Source: a bacterium (GTDB lineage: Bacteria; Hydrothermota; UBA3072; JAPDKE01). Taken from it: a DNA stretch of 64,000 bases. The position numbers and the translations under genes were made by a program. Below the pieces are notes generated by a model. The model ran no database searches and had not been told where the DNA came from. It worked only from the letters and a program-made list of their open reading frames with translations. Below, one piece after another: positions 49,490-58,697 of the stretch. The stretch spans positions 15,107-79,106 of the forward strand of contig JAPDKE010000034.1 of the NCBI GenBank assembly GCA_029258725.1, given 5' to 3'. Position 1 is the first letter of the stretch, and every line of letters begins with the position of its first letter.

Positions 49490-50728
49490 TTACCATGAGT
49501 ATCCTATCCAGCCTCTGAATGCCTTTTCCCATCCGAGTTTCATGTACCAGTTTCCGGAGAAGAAGGTTATGTATGCTCCACCCTCAACTTTTGTTGTAAC
49601 CTTCCCTGTGAGAAACCATTCCTGGAATGCGGTATCTGCATCCTCTGAATGGACGTCCGGATATGGAGTAAATGGTGTATTCTCTCCCTTCCTCCAGTAT
49701 CTCAGGACTCCCTCAATCATGCATTCCGGTGAAAGTTCCTTTCGTGCCTCAATCACAAGGAGGTCGGCATCCGGACCGTATTTTGAGCCTATTATTCTTC
49801 CATGATGCACGTATCGGTTCCTTGGTCTTGGCTGGTTATAGACCCAGGCGCATATGGCACCATATTCAATTCTGAGGTAGTCAAGGTCCGGCAGCGAAAG
49901 TAAAACTCCTGCAATTCCTCCGAGCATGGGAGATTCCACATCCTCCGGGTTGTACTGGAAGTCATCAACAAGCAGTTCTCCATAAACCTGAAGCGATGGT
50001 TTATGAACGTATCTTATTTCAAGGTCCCAGAGGATATTGTCGTCAATGTGCACGTTGTACTGCTCCCCGTAGAAAAGAAGCAGGGGATTCATGTAGTACA
50101 GTTCAGGCTGTCTTCCCTTTCCTCCGTAGAGCACAACCTCGCTGAATGCAAACTTTAACTTTCCAAAATCAAAGTCAAGCCGGTGTCCTGTAAGGTATCT
50201 TCTTTCCGGTCCGATGGCTGTGTCCATCACGCTTCTTTCAAGAAAGGATGAGAAGGATGTGAGGGTGAGGATTTTCGGGAACCTGTATGAGAACAGATAG
50301 AACATGTCCATGGATGGATGGTCGGCTCCAAGGAGCAGTTTCTGGTATCCAGGACCCCATATCGGTTTTTCTCTTCCCAGGAGCAAATACCAGTTTTCAT
50401 TTTCAAGCAGAAAGTACCCGCGGGGAAATGTTGCGCCAAGAATGCTGTCCTGAGATGGCCAGGGTCTTTCTTCCGGTGAAGAGGGACGGTCTACTCTTAT
50501 ACCGAGGGTAAATGGAGAAAGGTTGAGTTCTGTGTAAAGATAGAAGGTATCTCCATTGAAGTATCCCTCCGCTCTTCCATTTCTTTCCGGGATTTCTCCT
50601 TTTACCATCCTGGAGGAGACAGGAAAAACCGAGAGATTGTATTCTATCTCTCCGCGCAGGACTGCGTTTTCAATGAAGGGAAGCCCGGGGTCGTCCGGGG
50701 TTAAAAGAAAGGAAAGGATAAGTATCAT
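49490..50728 (-). CDS. Hypothetical outer-membrane beta-barrel protein (possibly Wzi-like)
   Basis: 412 aa, hydrophobic N-terminus, Tyr/Gly/Trp-rich, ends in aromatic YSW. It is adjacent to the GT2 gene. Confidence 0.35.
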   Translation of the reverse strand: MILILSFLLTPDDPGLPFIENAVLRGEIEYNLSVFPVSSRMVKGEIPERNGRAEGYFNGDTFYLYTELNLSPFTLGIRVDRPSSPEERPWPSQDSILGATFPRGYFLLENENWYLLLGREKPIWGPGYQKLLLGADHPSMDMFYLFSYRFPKILTLTSFSSFLERSVMDTAIGPERRYLTGHRLDFDFGKLKFAFSEVVLYGGKGRQPELYYMNPLLLFYGEQYNVHIDDNILWDLEIRYVHKPSLQVYGELLVDDFQYNPEDVESPMLGGIAGVLLSLPDLDYLRIEYGAICAWVYNQPRPRNRYVHHGRIIGSKYGPDADLLVIEARKELSPECMIEGVLRYWRKGENTPFTPYPDVHSEDADTAFQEWFLTGKVTTKVEGGAYITFFSGNWYMKLGWEKAFRGWIGYSW

Positions 50729-51621
50729 ATCATCTCCTTCATGAGTTTTACAATCTCCTCACCCACTCTCCCCTGCCCTTCCTTTGTGCTTGCACCAATG
50801 TGAGGGGTGCATATGAAGTTGGGAAGTGTGAAGAGGGGATTCTCTCCGGGAGGTTCGGTCTCAAATACATCAAATGCAGCCCCTGCTATTTTTCCCTCTT
50901 TCAGTGCGTTGTAGAGTGCTGTCTCATCAACTATTCCACCCCTTGCGCAGTTTATGAGGTATGCGGTGGGCTTCATTTTTGAAAGTTCCTTTTCTCCTAT
51001 CATGTGTCTGGTCTGGTCGGTGAGGGGCACATGAAGGGTAACATAATCGGATTTTTCAAGCAGGGTATCCAGGTCAACCATTTCAACATCCATGTCAATT
51101 TTCTTCCGAGAGGGGTGATATGCAATGACCTTCATCCCCAGTGCAAGTGCCCTCTTTGCAACCTCTCTTCCTATTCTTCCAATTCCGATAATTCCCAGGG
51201 TCTTTCCGTAGAGTTCAAATCCCTTGAGTTTCTTTTTCTCCCACTTTCCTTCTCTTAACGTTATGGTTCCGGTAACAATGTGCCTTGAAAGTGCAAACAT
51301 AAATCCAATCGCGAGTTCTGCAACAGAAATGGAGCTTGCCGCAGGTGTGTTCAGAACCTTTATTCCCCTGCTCTTTGCATACTCAACGTCTATGTTGTCA
51401 AGACCAACCCCTCCCCTTATTATCACCCTGAGATTCTCCGCCGCATCTATTATCTCCTTCCTCACCTTCGTTGCACTTCTTACAATTATGACCTCATAGG
51501 GAGGTATGGTGGACTTCAGTTCTTCCGGGGACATTCCGGTCTTCACGGTGACCTCATGCCCCATCTTCTTAAGTTCCTCAATTGCCCTTTCATCAATGGG
51601 ATCACATACAAGAACCTTCAT
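50725..51621 (-). CDS. D-isomer-specific 2-hydroxyacid dehydrogenase (PGDH/GyaR-like)
   Basis: NAD Rossmann GIIGIGRIGREVA, catalytic R/E/H pattern, 298 aa. Confidence 0.85.
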   Translation of the reverse strand: MKVLVCDPIDERAIEELKKMGHEVTVKTGMSPEELKSTIPPYEVIIVRSATKVRKEIIDAAENLRVIIRGGVGLDNIDVEYAKSRGIKVLNTPAASSISVAELAIGFMFALSRHIVTGTITLREGKWEKKKLKGFELYGKTLGIIGIGRIGREVAKRALALGMKVIAYHPSRKKIDMDVEMVDLDTLLEKSDYVTLHVPLTDQTRHMIGEKELSKMKPTAYLINCARGGIVDETALYNALKEGKIAGAAFDVFETEPPGENPLFTLPNFICTPHIGASTKEGQGRVGEEIVKLMKEMI

Positions 51622-51784
51622 ATTCCACCTCCTGTTTTGTTTTAAAGTTTTTGTTTAAATTAATCATATAACATCTGGATTTACATGTCAATAGTTTTAT
51701 GGAAAAAATTAAAAAGTTCTTTATCCTGAATGTGGTCGGTAAGATGTTGACATTGGGAAAGAGAAGAATAAAATTATAAAGGCG

Positions 51785-52111
51785 GTGGACCGAAAGGAGG
51801 TGAATATGATGGAAGAAAAGGAAAAGGCAATGCAGACCGGATTCATACTGGATACTTACATTGATGAGGCGCTTAAGGTTCTGGAAAAATTAAATCCCGT
51901 GCATACCCTCATCCCCCTTATTGTAAGCAAGGAGAAGGGGGCTGAACCTCTGGTGGACCCCAGAGACAATCGTGTAAAGGCAATCGTTGATACATGGCTT
52001 ACCATGTTTGACAATGTCTTAAAAGAGGGAAAGGAACTTCCCGTTGACCTCATAGGAAGAGCGGCTGAAATTGCAAAATCTTTAAGAGAAAAGAAAACCC
52101 CTCAGACATGA
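51785..52111 (+). CDS. Hypothetical protein
   Basis: 108 aa in the track. A TTGACA-16-TAAAAT-like promoter lies at 51747-51774. AGGAGG at 51795-51800 favours the ATG at 51806 as the real start (MMEEKEK...). Confidence 0.4.
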   Translation: MDRKEVNMMEEKEKAMQTGFILDTYIDEALKVLEKLNPVHTLIPLIVSKEKGAEPLVDPRDNRVKAIVDTWLTMFDNVLKEGKELPVDLIGRAAEIAKSLREKKTPQT

Positions 52112-52350
52112 GGGATACAGGCAGATATTGCAGGATAGCAAAACTTCTTCTTGGTAAGGCAAATCCCGTGGTCCACCGCCTCATAGACTCAACTCCCTAT
52201 CCCGGGAGAGGTCACAGGATTGTAAACCATTCTGTAAAGATACTGGACGCAATAGAAATCCTTCTGGGAGAGGGGGCAAGAAAAGAAGCACTCCTTCACC
52301 TTCTGTTGGATGCCGGAATACTTGACTTCAAGGATTTTTTGAAGTTTTGA
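52108..52350 (+). CDS. Hypothetical small protein (faint HD-domain-like pattern)
   Basis: 80 aa, ATGA-coupled to the previous ORF. RIVNHSVKILDAIEIL....ALLHLLLDAGIL vaguely resembles an HD-domain helix pair but lacks the His-Asp pair. Confidence 0.3.
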   Translation: MRDTGRYCRIAKLLLGKANPVVHRLIDSTPYPGRGHRIVNHSVKILDAIEILLGEGARKEALLHLLLDAGILDFKDFLKF

Positions 52351-53821
52351 AAGGTCTCACAAATACAACCTTCTCCCTCTCAATCCTCACAAGACCCTTT
52401 TTCCCTTTTATTCCATGAACATATCTTCTCTCGGTATAACTTACGGGAACAACCGAGGATGTTCGCATTTTGCTGTGATATGCAGCAATTGCTGCTGCTT
52501 CCTCAATATCCTTCATGGGGGGCATCTTTCCTTTTTCAGGGATTCTCATGATGGTATGTGAGCCAGGAGCCTCCCTGACATGGAAAAACAAATCCCATGG
52601 TCTTGCAAAGCCAAAAGTGAGTTCCTCGTTCTCCTGTGCATTTCTTCCCACGTAAACCCTGTATCCTCCTGATGTGATGTAACATTTGAACTTTTCAACC
52701 CTTTCCTCCTCCCTCACCCTTTCCCTTACCTCTCCTTTTAAAATCCTTTCTTTCTCCTCCTCAAGTTTCTTCAATTCCTCCTCCATCCTTTTTCTCAACT
52801 CTTCCTTCCTTTCCCTCTTTTTCCTTTCCTTTTTTGCCTTCTTGAAATAGTTTTGCGCGTTATCAACCGGAGAAAGGGAGGGGTCAAGTTCAATTTCGTA
52901 TTGCCTTCCTTCCCAGTCCTCAAGAACAATTTTCTCCATTCCCTTTTTTATCCTGTGCTGATTCATGAGTATGAGTTCCCCTTTCCTCTGGAGTACCTCA
53001 GGATTCTCTCCTTCCCTTTCAACCTGCAGGAGTGAATACCTTAGATTTTCAATCCTTCTCTCAATTTTTTTCAATGCTTCCTTTATCTTTCTTTCCCTTT
53101 CCTCCCTTCTTTCCAGTTCCTCAAAAGCCCATGAGACTGCATCGTTTAGAGAAGAAAATCTCCTTTTCTCCATCCCCAGTTCAACCTCAACAGGCAAAAT
53201 GAGATAGGGTTTCTCATCCTTTATGTAAACACAGGGGGACAGTTTTCCCTCTCTCAGGTCCCTGAAAAATCTCTCTCTTTCTTCCGGGGGAAGGGAAAGT
53301 AAATGCTTCATGCTTCTTCTTCCAAATCCAAGCACGGATGAAGAAAAGGGGGCTTCTGGAGAAAATGGTGAAACTCCTTCAACGGGAGGAAGTTCCCTCA
53401 CCTCTCTCAGGGAGAACACCACCTCTCCCCCATCCCTTATAATCAGGTTTGCACCTTTGCCTGCAGGGATAAATTCAATTTTTTTCCCGTCCCCGGTTTC
53501 AACCACAACCACCCGGTCCATGTCAACCTGTTCAAGTTTTTTGATCTTCCTTCCCCTTAAAAGTGTTGTGAAAAATCCCTGCCCTTTCCCCTTCCCTATT
53601 TTCATGTGTGCATATCTCGGGTGAAGATTGAAAATGAGGGATGTCCGGGAAAGGACAAGGGAAAAATTCCACCCATCCTTCAGGAAGTCCTTTATCCATT
53701 CTTTTTCCTTTTTCACCTCGCGCATGAGGAAGTGGAGTAAAATACCATCAAACATTTCTCCTCCCCAGGAATGAGAAGAGAATTCCAAGGAGATAAAGGA
53801 AGAATAAGGGAAGGGAAACAA
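52328..53821 (-). CDS. rqcH: NFACT-family protein (RqcH / FbpA-like ribosome quality control factor)
   Basis: NFACT-N-like N-terminus, long K/E coiled coil, and an NFACT-R/DUF814 block (ITSGGYRVYVGRNAQENEELTFGFARPWDLFFHVREAPGSH). Start probably at M23 (MFDGILL). Confidence 0.7.
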   Translation of the reverse strand: MFPFPYSSFISLEFSSHSWGGEMFDGILLHFLMREVKKEKEWIKDFLKDGWNFSLVLSRTSLIFNLHPRYAHMKIGKGKGQGFFTTLLRGRKIKKLEQVDMDRVVVVETGDGKKIEFIPAGKGANLIIRDGGEVVFSLREVRELPPVEGVSPFSPEAPFSSSVLGFGRRSMKHLLSLPPEERERFFRDLREGKLSPCVYIKDEKPYLILPVEVELGMEKRRFSSLNDAVSWAFEELERREERERKIKEALKKIERRIENLRYSLLQVEREGENPEVLQRKGELILMNQHRIKKGMEKIVLEDWEGRQYEIELDPSLSPVDNAQNYFKKAKKERKKRERKEELRKRMEEELKKLEEEKERILKGEVRERVREEERVEKFKCYITSGGYRVYVGRNAQENEELTFGFARPWDLFFHVREAPGSHTIMRIPEKGKMPPMKDIEEAAAIAAYHSKMRTSSVVPVSYTERRYVHGIKGKKGLVRIEREKVVFVRPFKTSKNP

Positions 53822-54455
53822 GAATCTGGGTTACAACATCCACGGTAGGGGTGATAACTGCGGAAAAAACAAGGATTGCAACAACCGCAAATCTCCATCC
53901 TTTTAAAAGCATTCCCGGGGTGACAATTCCAAGTTTTGAGAGAAGAAGGAGAACACCGGGTATCTCAAATCCAAGCCCGAGTCCCAGGGATATCCAGAAA
54001 AGAAAGGAGAGGTATCGTGAGATGTTTATCATGGGAGAGATGGAAGGGGTTGAGAAAGAGAGAAGAACATGGATAATGTATGGAAGGAAGAAAAAGGAAA
54101 CCGCAACCCCAAGGTAAAAGAGAAGGACAAAGATAAGCAAAAAAGAGCGAACATACTTTCTTTCTTCAGGATAAAGCCCGGGTGCAACAAAAAGCCATCC
54201 CTCCATCAGTGCGTAAGGAAAAGAGATGAATAAAGAAAGAAAAATTGATATTTTTATCCTCACCAGAATTGCCTCCTGGGGGGAGAAGAAGTAGGTTTTT
54301 TTAATGGGAAGGGTTAAAAATTGAAGAATCCTGTGGCTCACCGGGTATATGAAAAGGGAAGCGAAAACAACAAATCCTATAACATGGAGGATTCTTCGCC
54401 TCAGTTCCTCCAGGTGGTCAATGAGATTCATTTCCCGTAAAGTCTTTTCCTCCAT
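53748..54455 (-). CDS. tatC: Twin-arginine translocase subunit TatC
   Basis: N-terminal DHLEELRRRIL, six-TM, 235 aa. Confidence 0.9.
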   Translation of the reverse strand: MEEKTLREMNLIDHLEELRRRILHVIGFVVFASLFIYPVSHRILQFLTLPIKKTYFFSPQEAILVRIKISIFLSLFISFPYALMEGWLFVAPGLYPEERKYVRSFLLIFVLLFYLGVAVSFFFLPYIIHVLLSFSTPSISPMINISRYLSFLFWISLGLGLGFEIPGVLLLLSKLGIVTPGMLLKGWRFAVVAILVFSAVITPTVDVVTQILVSLPLFFLYLLGILFSFLGRRNV

Positions 54456-55246
54456 GCCTCTAAGAATTCCTCCTTTTCCCCTGCAAATGCGGCAGCAGTA
54501 AGGATTTTTATCCCTCTTTTCTCCCCTTCTTCAAGAAACTCCCTTATTTTCTCTCTCCACTCTATATCCCTTGTGAGGTGGTGGTCTATAATTATAGCCT
54601 CAAGTTCTTTTATTTCAAGGATTTTCATCATGTTCTCCTTTACCCTTTCAATGGGTTTGAAGTCAAGGTAGGTGGGGGGACCGTCAAGGTAAAGGATATG
54701 AGGTGAGGCATCAAGAATGAACCTTAACTGGTCCTCACTCACAGGACCGCACACATCCGACGTAAATAAAAATCTTTTCTTTTCTTCAATGAGAACTGAT
54801 ATGATGACTGCGGGTCCTTCACCATGGAGAAACGGGGGTGAAAAGTGGATGGAGAAGTTTTCAAATTGGAAAGATTTTCCATCTGCGGGTGTGAATTCCT
54901 TTCCCGGTAAAAATTTACCTGCCCGGAATTGCTGGGAATGGTTTATGTTGTTCTCAGGGTCCTTCACAAGGAGTTTTTTCCCCACAAATGCCTCCGGGTG
55001 CCTGTAAAGATAATGGTCGCGGTGGAAGTGGGTAATTATCACGTATTTACATGTTTTGAGTTCCTCAAGGATTTTCCGGGTGTGAATTTCTCTTCTTTCC
55101 TCCTCAATGGGATGGGGTCTTAAACCATACCTCCACGGACCCAGGGCAACCCCGGGGTCAATAAAAATCCTCTCCTCCCCCACCTCAACCAGGGTTGCCA
55201 TACTCCTGGTTCCCATTGACTCGGACGCAACAGGTATGATTTTCAT
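54428..55246 (-). CDS. Metallo-beta-lactamase-fold hydrolase
   Basis: HxHxDH motif (ITHFHRDHY), 272 aa. Confidence 0.7.
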   Translation of the reverse strand: MKIIPVASESMGTRSMATLVEVGEERIFIDPGVALGPWRYGLRPHPIEEERREIHTRKILEELKTCKYVIITHFHRDHYLYRHPEAFVGKKLLVKDPENNINHSQQFRAGKFLPGKEFTPADGKSFQFENFSIHFSPPFLHGEGPAVIISVLIEEKKRFLFTSDVCGPVSEDQLRFILDASPHILYLDGPPTYLDFKPIERVKENMMKILEIKELEAIIIDHHLTRDIEWREKIREFLEEGEKRGIKILTAAAFAGEKEEFLEAWRKRLYGK

Positions 55247-55629
55247 CTTATTTCATATTCCCAGTTTACCTCCACCCCACCCCTTTTCAGCATTATGGAA
55301 ACAGAGCAGTATCTCTCCTGTGAGAGTTCTATTGCCCTTTTCAGTTTTTCAGGGTTTACCTTCCCGTAAACGATGAATTTAAGATTTATCCTTGTAAAAA
55401 CGCGTGGATGCTCCTCCTTTCTTTCTCCTTCCACCTCTATTTCCATTTCCTCAACAGGCTCTTTCATCTTTTGAAGGATTGAGATAACATCCATTCCCGT
55501 GCATCCACCCAGGGAGAGGAGGAGCATCTCCATGGGAGAGATTCCCTCTTTTGAAAGCGTGGTTTTGCTTCCTTTTTCGTTTTCTCCCTCAAATGTGAGG
55601 TTTCCCTTCCATACGAGTCTTCCTTTCAT
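55243..55629 (-). CDS. OsmC/Ohr-family peroxiredoxin-like protein
   Basis: LLLSLGGCTGMDV and the second Cys region, 128 aa. Confidence 0.85.
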   Translation of the reverse strand: MKGRLVWKGNLTFEGENEKGSKTTLSKEGISPMEMLLLSLGGCTGMDVISILQKMKEPVEEMEIEVEGERKEEHPRVFTRINLKFIVYGKVNPEKLKRAIELSQERYCSVSIMLKRGGVEVNWEYEIR

Positions 55630-55630
55630 T

Positions 55631-57106
55631 TCACCTCCTTTCTATGAGCAATGAGAGAAGGAAAAAGAAGAGGGAAAGGCAGAGAAAGAGATAGAAGGCA
55701 TCTCTTCTCCCTGTATCCTGGAAAATCCGTGCCGCCTCTTCATCGGAAAGTACTGAAATGTCCGATTCCTCAGGCAACTGGTTCACTGCAAAGATTATAT
55801 CCGTATCCTTCACGCGATAGATTCCCTTTTTTCCGGTATTCCTGAACACAAACCTTCCTTCTTCCTTTCTCACCCTGTATTTTCTTCCATCCGGGGCAAT
55901 CACCGTTGCTATATTTTTCTCGGGAAGGTCAAAGATGTACGGTTCGTCCATTCTTATCATGCATTTTTTTTCTCCTGCAAGATAAAGGAGGAGGGAATAG
56001 ATAAGGGGTGGGAAGAAGGGAGAGAAGGTGAGAGAGGAGGAATCAAGGGGAAGGGGGAAGTAAATGACACCGTCCTTTTCCACCACGAAGGGAGTCCCAT
56101 CCTCAAGCATTCCCAGGACTTTCCCTCCCTTTATTTTTTCAGTGTATTCAATCACCTTTCCTTCTAAGTATGGATTCAAAAACTCCACGGGTCCTGAAAG
56201 CCACTTTACCGGGGATTTTCCTATAGGTTTCCCTTTTTTTCCACATATACCCCTGAGCCCTAAGGACCTGAGGTATTCCTCCTCTCCCCTATCCGGGAGT
56301 ATGAAGAGGGATGCACTCAATTTTTTTTCGGGACGGAATCCCATGGATGTAATAAGGTCATGCAGGATTCCGGAGTCGGGGAGGAACACCGGAATGTTTT
56401 TTTCCTCTGGAAAGACAAAGTAAAGGGTATCGTCAAAGGTGAGGGAATCGTCTTCAATCACGATGTATCCCGATGGTCTTCCCTGAAAATTCACGGGAAT
56501 TTCAATCATGTTCTTTCCCTCCCTGAGATAACACCTGGTTTTTGCAAGAAGTCTCTTTCCCGAGAATACCTTTACTTCCATGGATTTACTCTTTCCCCAC
56601 ATTCCGCATAGAACTCTGAGTTTTCCACGGGTGTAAAACGCATCAAGGACTCCTGCATTCCAGGATGGAAGGGGGATCCTTTTTATCCTTATTCCCTTTA
56701 CGGGTTTGAGTTTTTCAAAGTTTATCCTCTGCAGGTCTGTTATGAGGACTGCGGGCTTTTTTATTTTCTCCGGGTCAAACTGCAGGACCCCTCCCCTTGA
56801 TGGAAGTGGTATTCCCTTTTCTTTTGTTTTCCCCATGGAAAGTGAGGTATCAAGGTAAACATTCCTCACGGGTTCGGGAAGAAAGGGAATGGGAAGGGAG
56901 GGATGTAAAAAGGAAAGGACTAGGAATCCCACGGTGAGCATTCTTGAAAGAAGCAGCACGTATTCCCTGATTCTGTGCCAGGTGAGTCTTCTTTTTTCCA
57001 TGGAGAGGAGGAAGAAAAGGGAGGGGAATTTTACTCTTTTCATGGTTCTTCTGGAGATGAAGTGGATTATCACAGGGACGAGAAGAAACAGAAAGAACCA
57101 GCTCAT
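55631..57106 (-). CDS. BatA-like / N-terminal double-TM domain protein (aerotolerance-operon type)
   Basis: N-terminus with two TM helices around the RR..RVKFPSL motif typical of the BatA N-domain family, 491 aa. ATGA-coupled to the DUF58 gene. Confidence 0.55.
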   Translation of the reverse strand: MSWFFLFLLVPVIIHFISRRTMKRVKFPSLFFLLSMEKRRLTWHRIREYVLLLSRMLTVGFLVLSFLHPSLPIPFLPEPVRNVYLDTSLSMGKTKEKGIPLPSRGGVLQFDPEKIKKPAVLITDLQRINFEKLKPVKGIRIKRIPLPSWNAGVLDAFYTRGKLRVLCGMWGKSKSMEVKVFSGKRLLAKTRCYLREGKNMIEIPVNFQGRPSGYIVIEDDSLTFDDTLYFVFPEEKNIPVFLPDSGILHDLITSMGFRPEKKLSASLFILPDRGEEEYLRSLGLRGICGKKGKPIGKSPVKWLSGPVEFLNPYLEGKVIEYTEKIKGGKVLGMLEDGTPFVVEKDGVIYFPLPLDSSSLTFSPFFPPLIYSLLLYLAGEKKCMIRMDEPYIFDLPEKNIATVIAPDGRKYRVRKEEGRFVFRNTGKKGIYRVKDTDIIFAVNQLPEESDISVLSDEEAARIFQDTGRRDAFYLFLCLSLFFFLLSLLIERR

Positions 57107-57978
57107 CTCCTCACCCCCATGAGCATTGCCGTATCGTAGGGGGTGGTGGTGGAAATGAATACATATCTTATGTCAGAGGAAACAAATCCCTGCCTGAGTT
57201 TTTCAAGGTATCTTTCCAGAAGCTTTTTATAATCCCTTTTTACGGCAGATGGGTCAACCGGAAGAAGCCTTTTTGTTTCCATATCCTCAAAATAGGTTGC
57301 TTTTTTATAGGGAAAATCCTGTTCCTCGGGTGAGAGGATGTGAAATACAATTACTTCGTTTTTCCTTGTTCTCAGGAGCCTGATGGCGTTGAGGGTCTCT
57401 TCGGGTGAATAAAGGAGGTCCGAGACAAAAATAACAAGCCCTCTTTTTTTCATTGTTCCTGCAATCTTCCTCACCACCTCGGCTATTCTGGTCTTTCTTC
57501 CGGGTTTGAGGGAAGAAAGTGTGTGGAGAAGTGTGTTCAGGTGTTCCTTCCCTGAGGATGGGGGGATGTATTTCTCTATTCTATCTGAAAAGGCAACAAG
57601 TCCTGCGGAGTCCCTCTGGTGTATGAGGAGGTAAAAGAAGGCAGCAGCAAGGGTTACTGCGTACCTCATTTTGGTTACAGGTTTTCCAAAATCCATGGAG
57701 TTGCTCACATCCAGGAATACCGTTGCCCTCAGGTTTGTCTCTTCTTCAAATTCCTTCACAAAGAACCTGTCGGTTCTTGCATACACCTTCCAGTCAACGA
57801 GTTTTATTGAATCCCCTGGAAGGTATGGGCGGTGTTCTGTGAATTCAAGTGAAAAACCACGAAAAGGGCTCCTGTGGAGCCCCGATATAAATCCTTCAAC
57901 AACAAGCCGTGCCCTCAGATTGAGGGATGATATTTTTTCTATAAGTTCCGGCTTGAGGAGTTCAGTTGTGGAGAACAA
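57103..57978 (-). CDS. DUF58 (vWA-like, MoxR-associated) protein
   Basis: 291 aa, GxSxxM..D.S.SM region (VFLDVSNSM). Confidence 0.8.
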   Translation of the reverse strand: MFSTTELLKPELIEKISSLNLRARLVVEGFISGLHRSPFRGFSLEFTEHRPYLPGDSIKLVDWKVYARTDRFFVKEFEEETNLRATVFLDVSNSMDFGKPVTKMRYAVTLAAAFFYLLIHQRDSAGLVAFSDRIEKYIPPSSGKEHLNTLLHTLSSLKPGRKTRIAEVVRKIAGTMKKRGLVIFVSDLLYSPEETLNAIRLLRTRKNEVIVFHILSPEEQDFPYKKATYFEDMETKRLLPVDPSAVKRDYKKLLERYLEKLRQGFVSSDIRYVFISTTTPYDTAMLMGVRR

Positions 57979-58471
57979 AGATGTGTTTTTTCTTTCCCGG
58001 GTCTATGTAAAATATTGGCTCCCCGTTTTTGTTGAATCCCACAAGCCCGTACGCTGTGGGAAGGGTATCTCCTGGAGGGATGAAGAATGCATAAACAATG
58101 TGTCCCGGTTCTCCCCTGAATTTTCCATTTACACCGTTGGGAGAGTCATCCTTCGGGTCTGTTGGGGCTATGTACTGATGGGTTTTTATATCATCCTTTG
58201 TAAGTGGGGAGCCTGTGTAGGGATTTACAGGGAACTTCCCTTCATGGAGGTATGGGATGAAGTCATCAACGCTTTTCGGGAAGTATCCGTTGTTGTATGC
58301 TGCATACTGTTCAACCGCACACCTTATCTCATAGAGGTTTGCCTTGACCTTTGCCTCAAGGTTCTTTTCCTTTATGCTTGTGTACTGTGGCCACACAAGC
58401 ATGTAGATAAGGTAGATAAAGGCAATGGCAATCAGTGCATCCAGTATTCTGTTCACCTTTTCCATCTTCAC
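57962..58471 (-). CDS. Pilin/pseudopilin-like protein lacking a prepilin-peptidase site
   Basis: 169 aa. An N-terminal hydrophobic helix (ILDALIAIAFIYLIYMLVWPQY) is followed by KANLYEIRCAVEQYAA, which mirrors the GspG/type IV pilin alpha1 helix (KA.L..L..A.E.Y). There is no G/FTLIE leader motif. It overlaps the DUF58 gene by 17 nt. Confidence 0.4.
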   Translation of the reverse strand: MKMEKVNRILDALIAIAFIYLIYMLVWPQYTSIKEKNLEAKVKANLYEIRCAVEQYAAYNNGYFPKSVDDFIPYLHEGKFPVNPYTGSPLTKDDIKTHQYIAPTDPKDDSPNGVNGKFRGEPGHIVYAFFIPPGDTLPTAYGLVGFNKNGEPIFYIDPGKKKHIFVLHN

Positions 58472-58697
58472 CTCAACCTCCTTTTTTAGGCGATTGTAAT
58501 AAAAATACAGGAAATGTCAAGCGCAGAGTTTTTTCTCCTCTTCCAGAAGATGCTTCTCAAGTTCCCTCAGGTTTTTTATGAAAAACTTTTTTATCTCTTC
58601 CCATTCCACGTGTAAGAAGACGGTGCAGGGTGTCGGGGGAGATTCTATTTCCTGATATTCTCCGGTAAGGTGAGGGACTTTCCATGCAAGATACATT

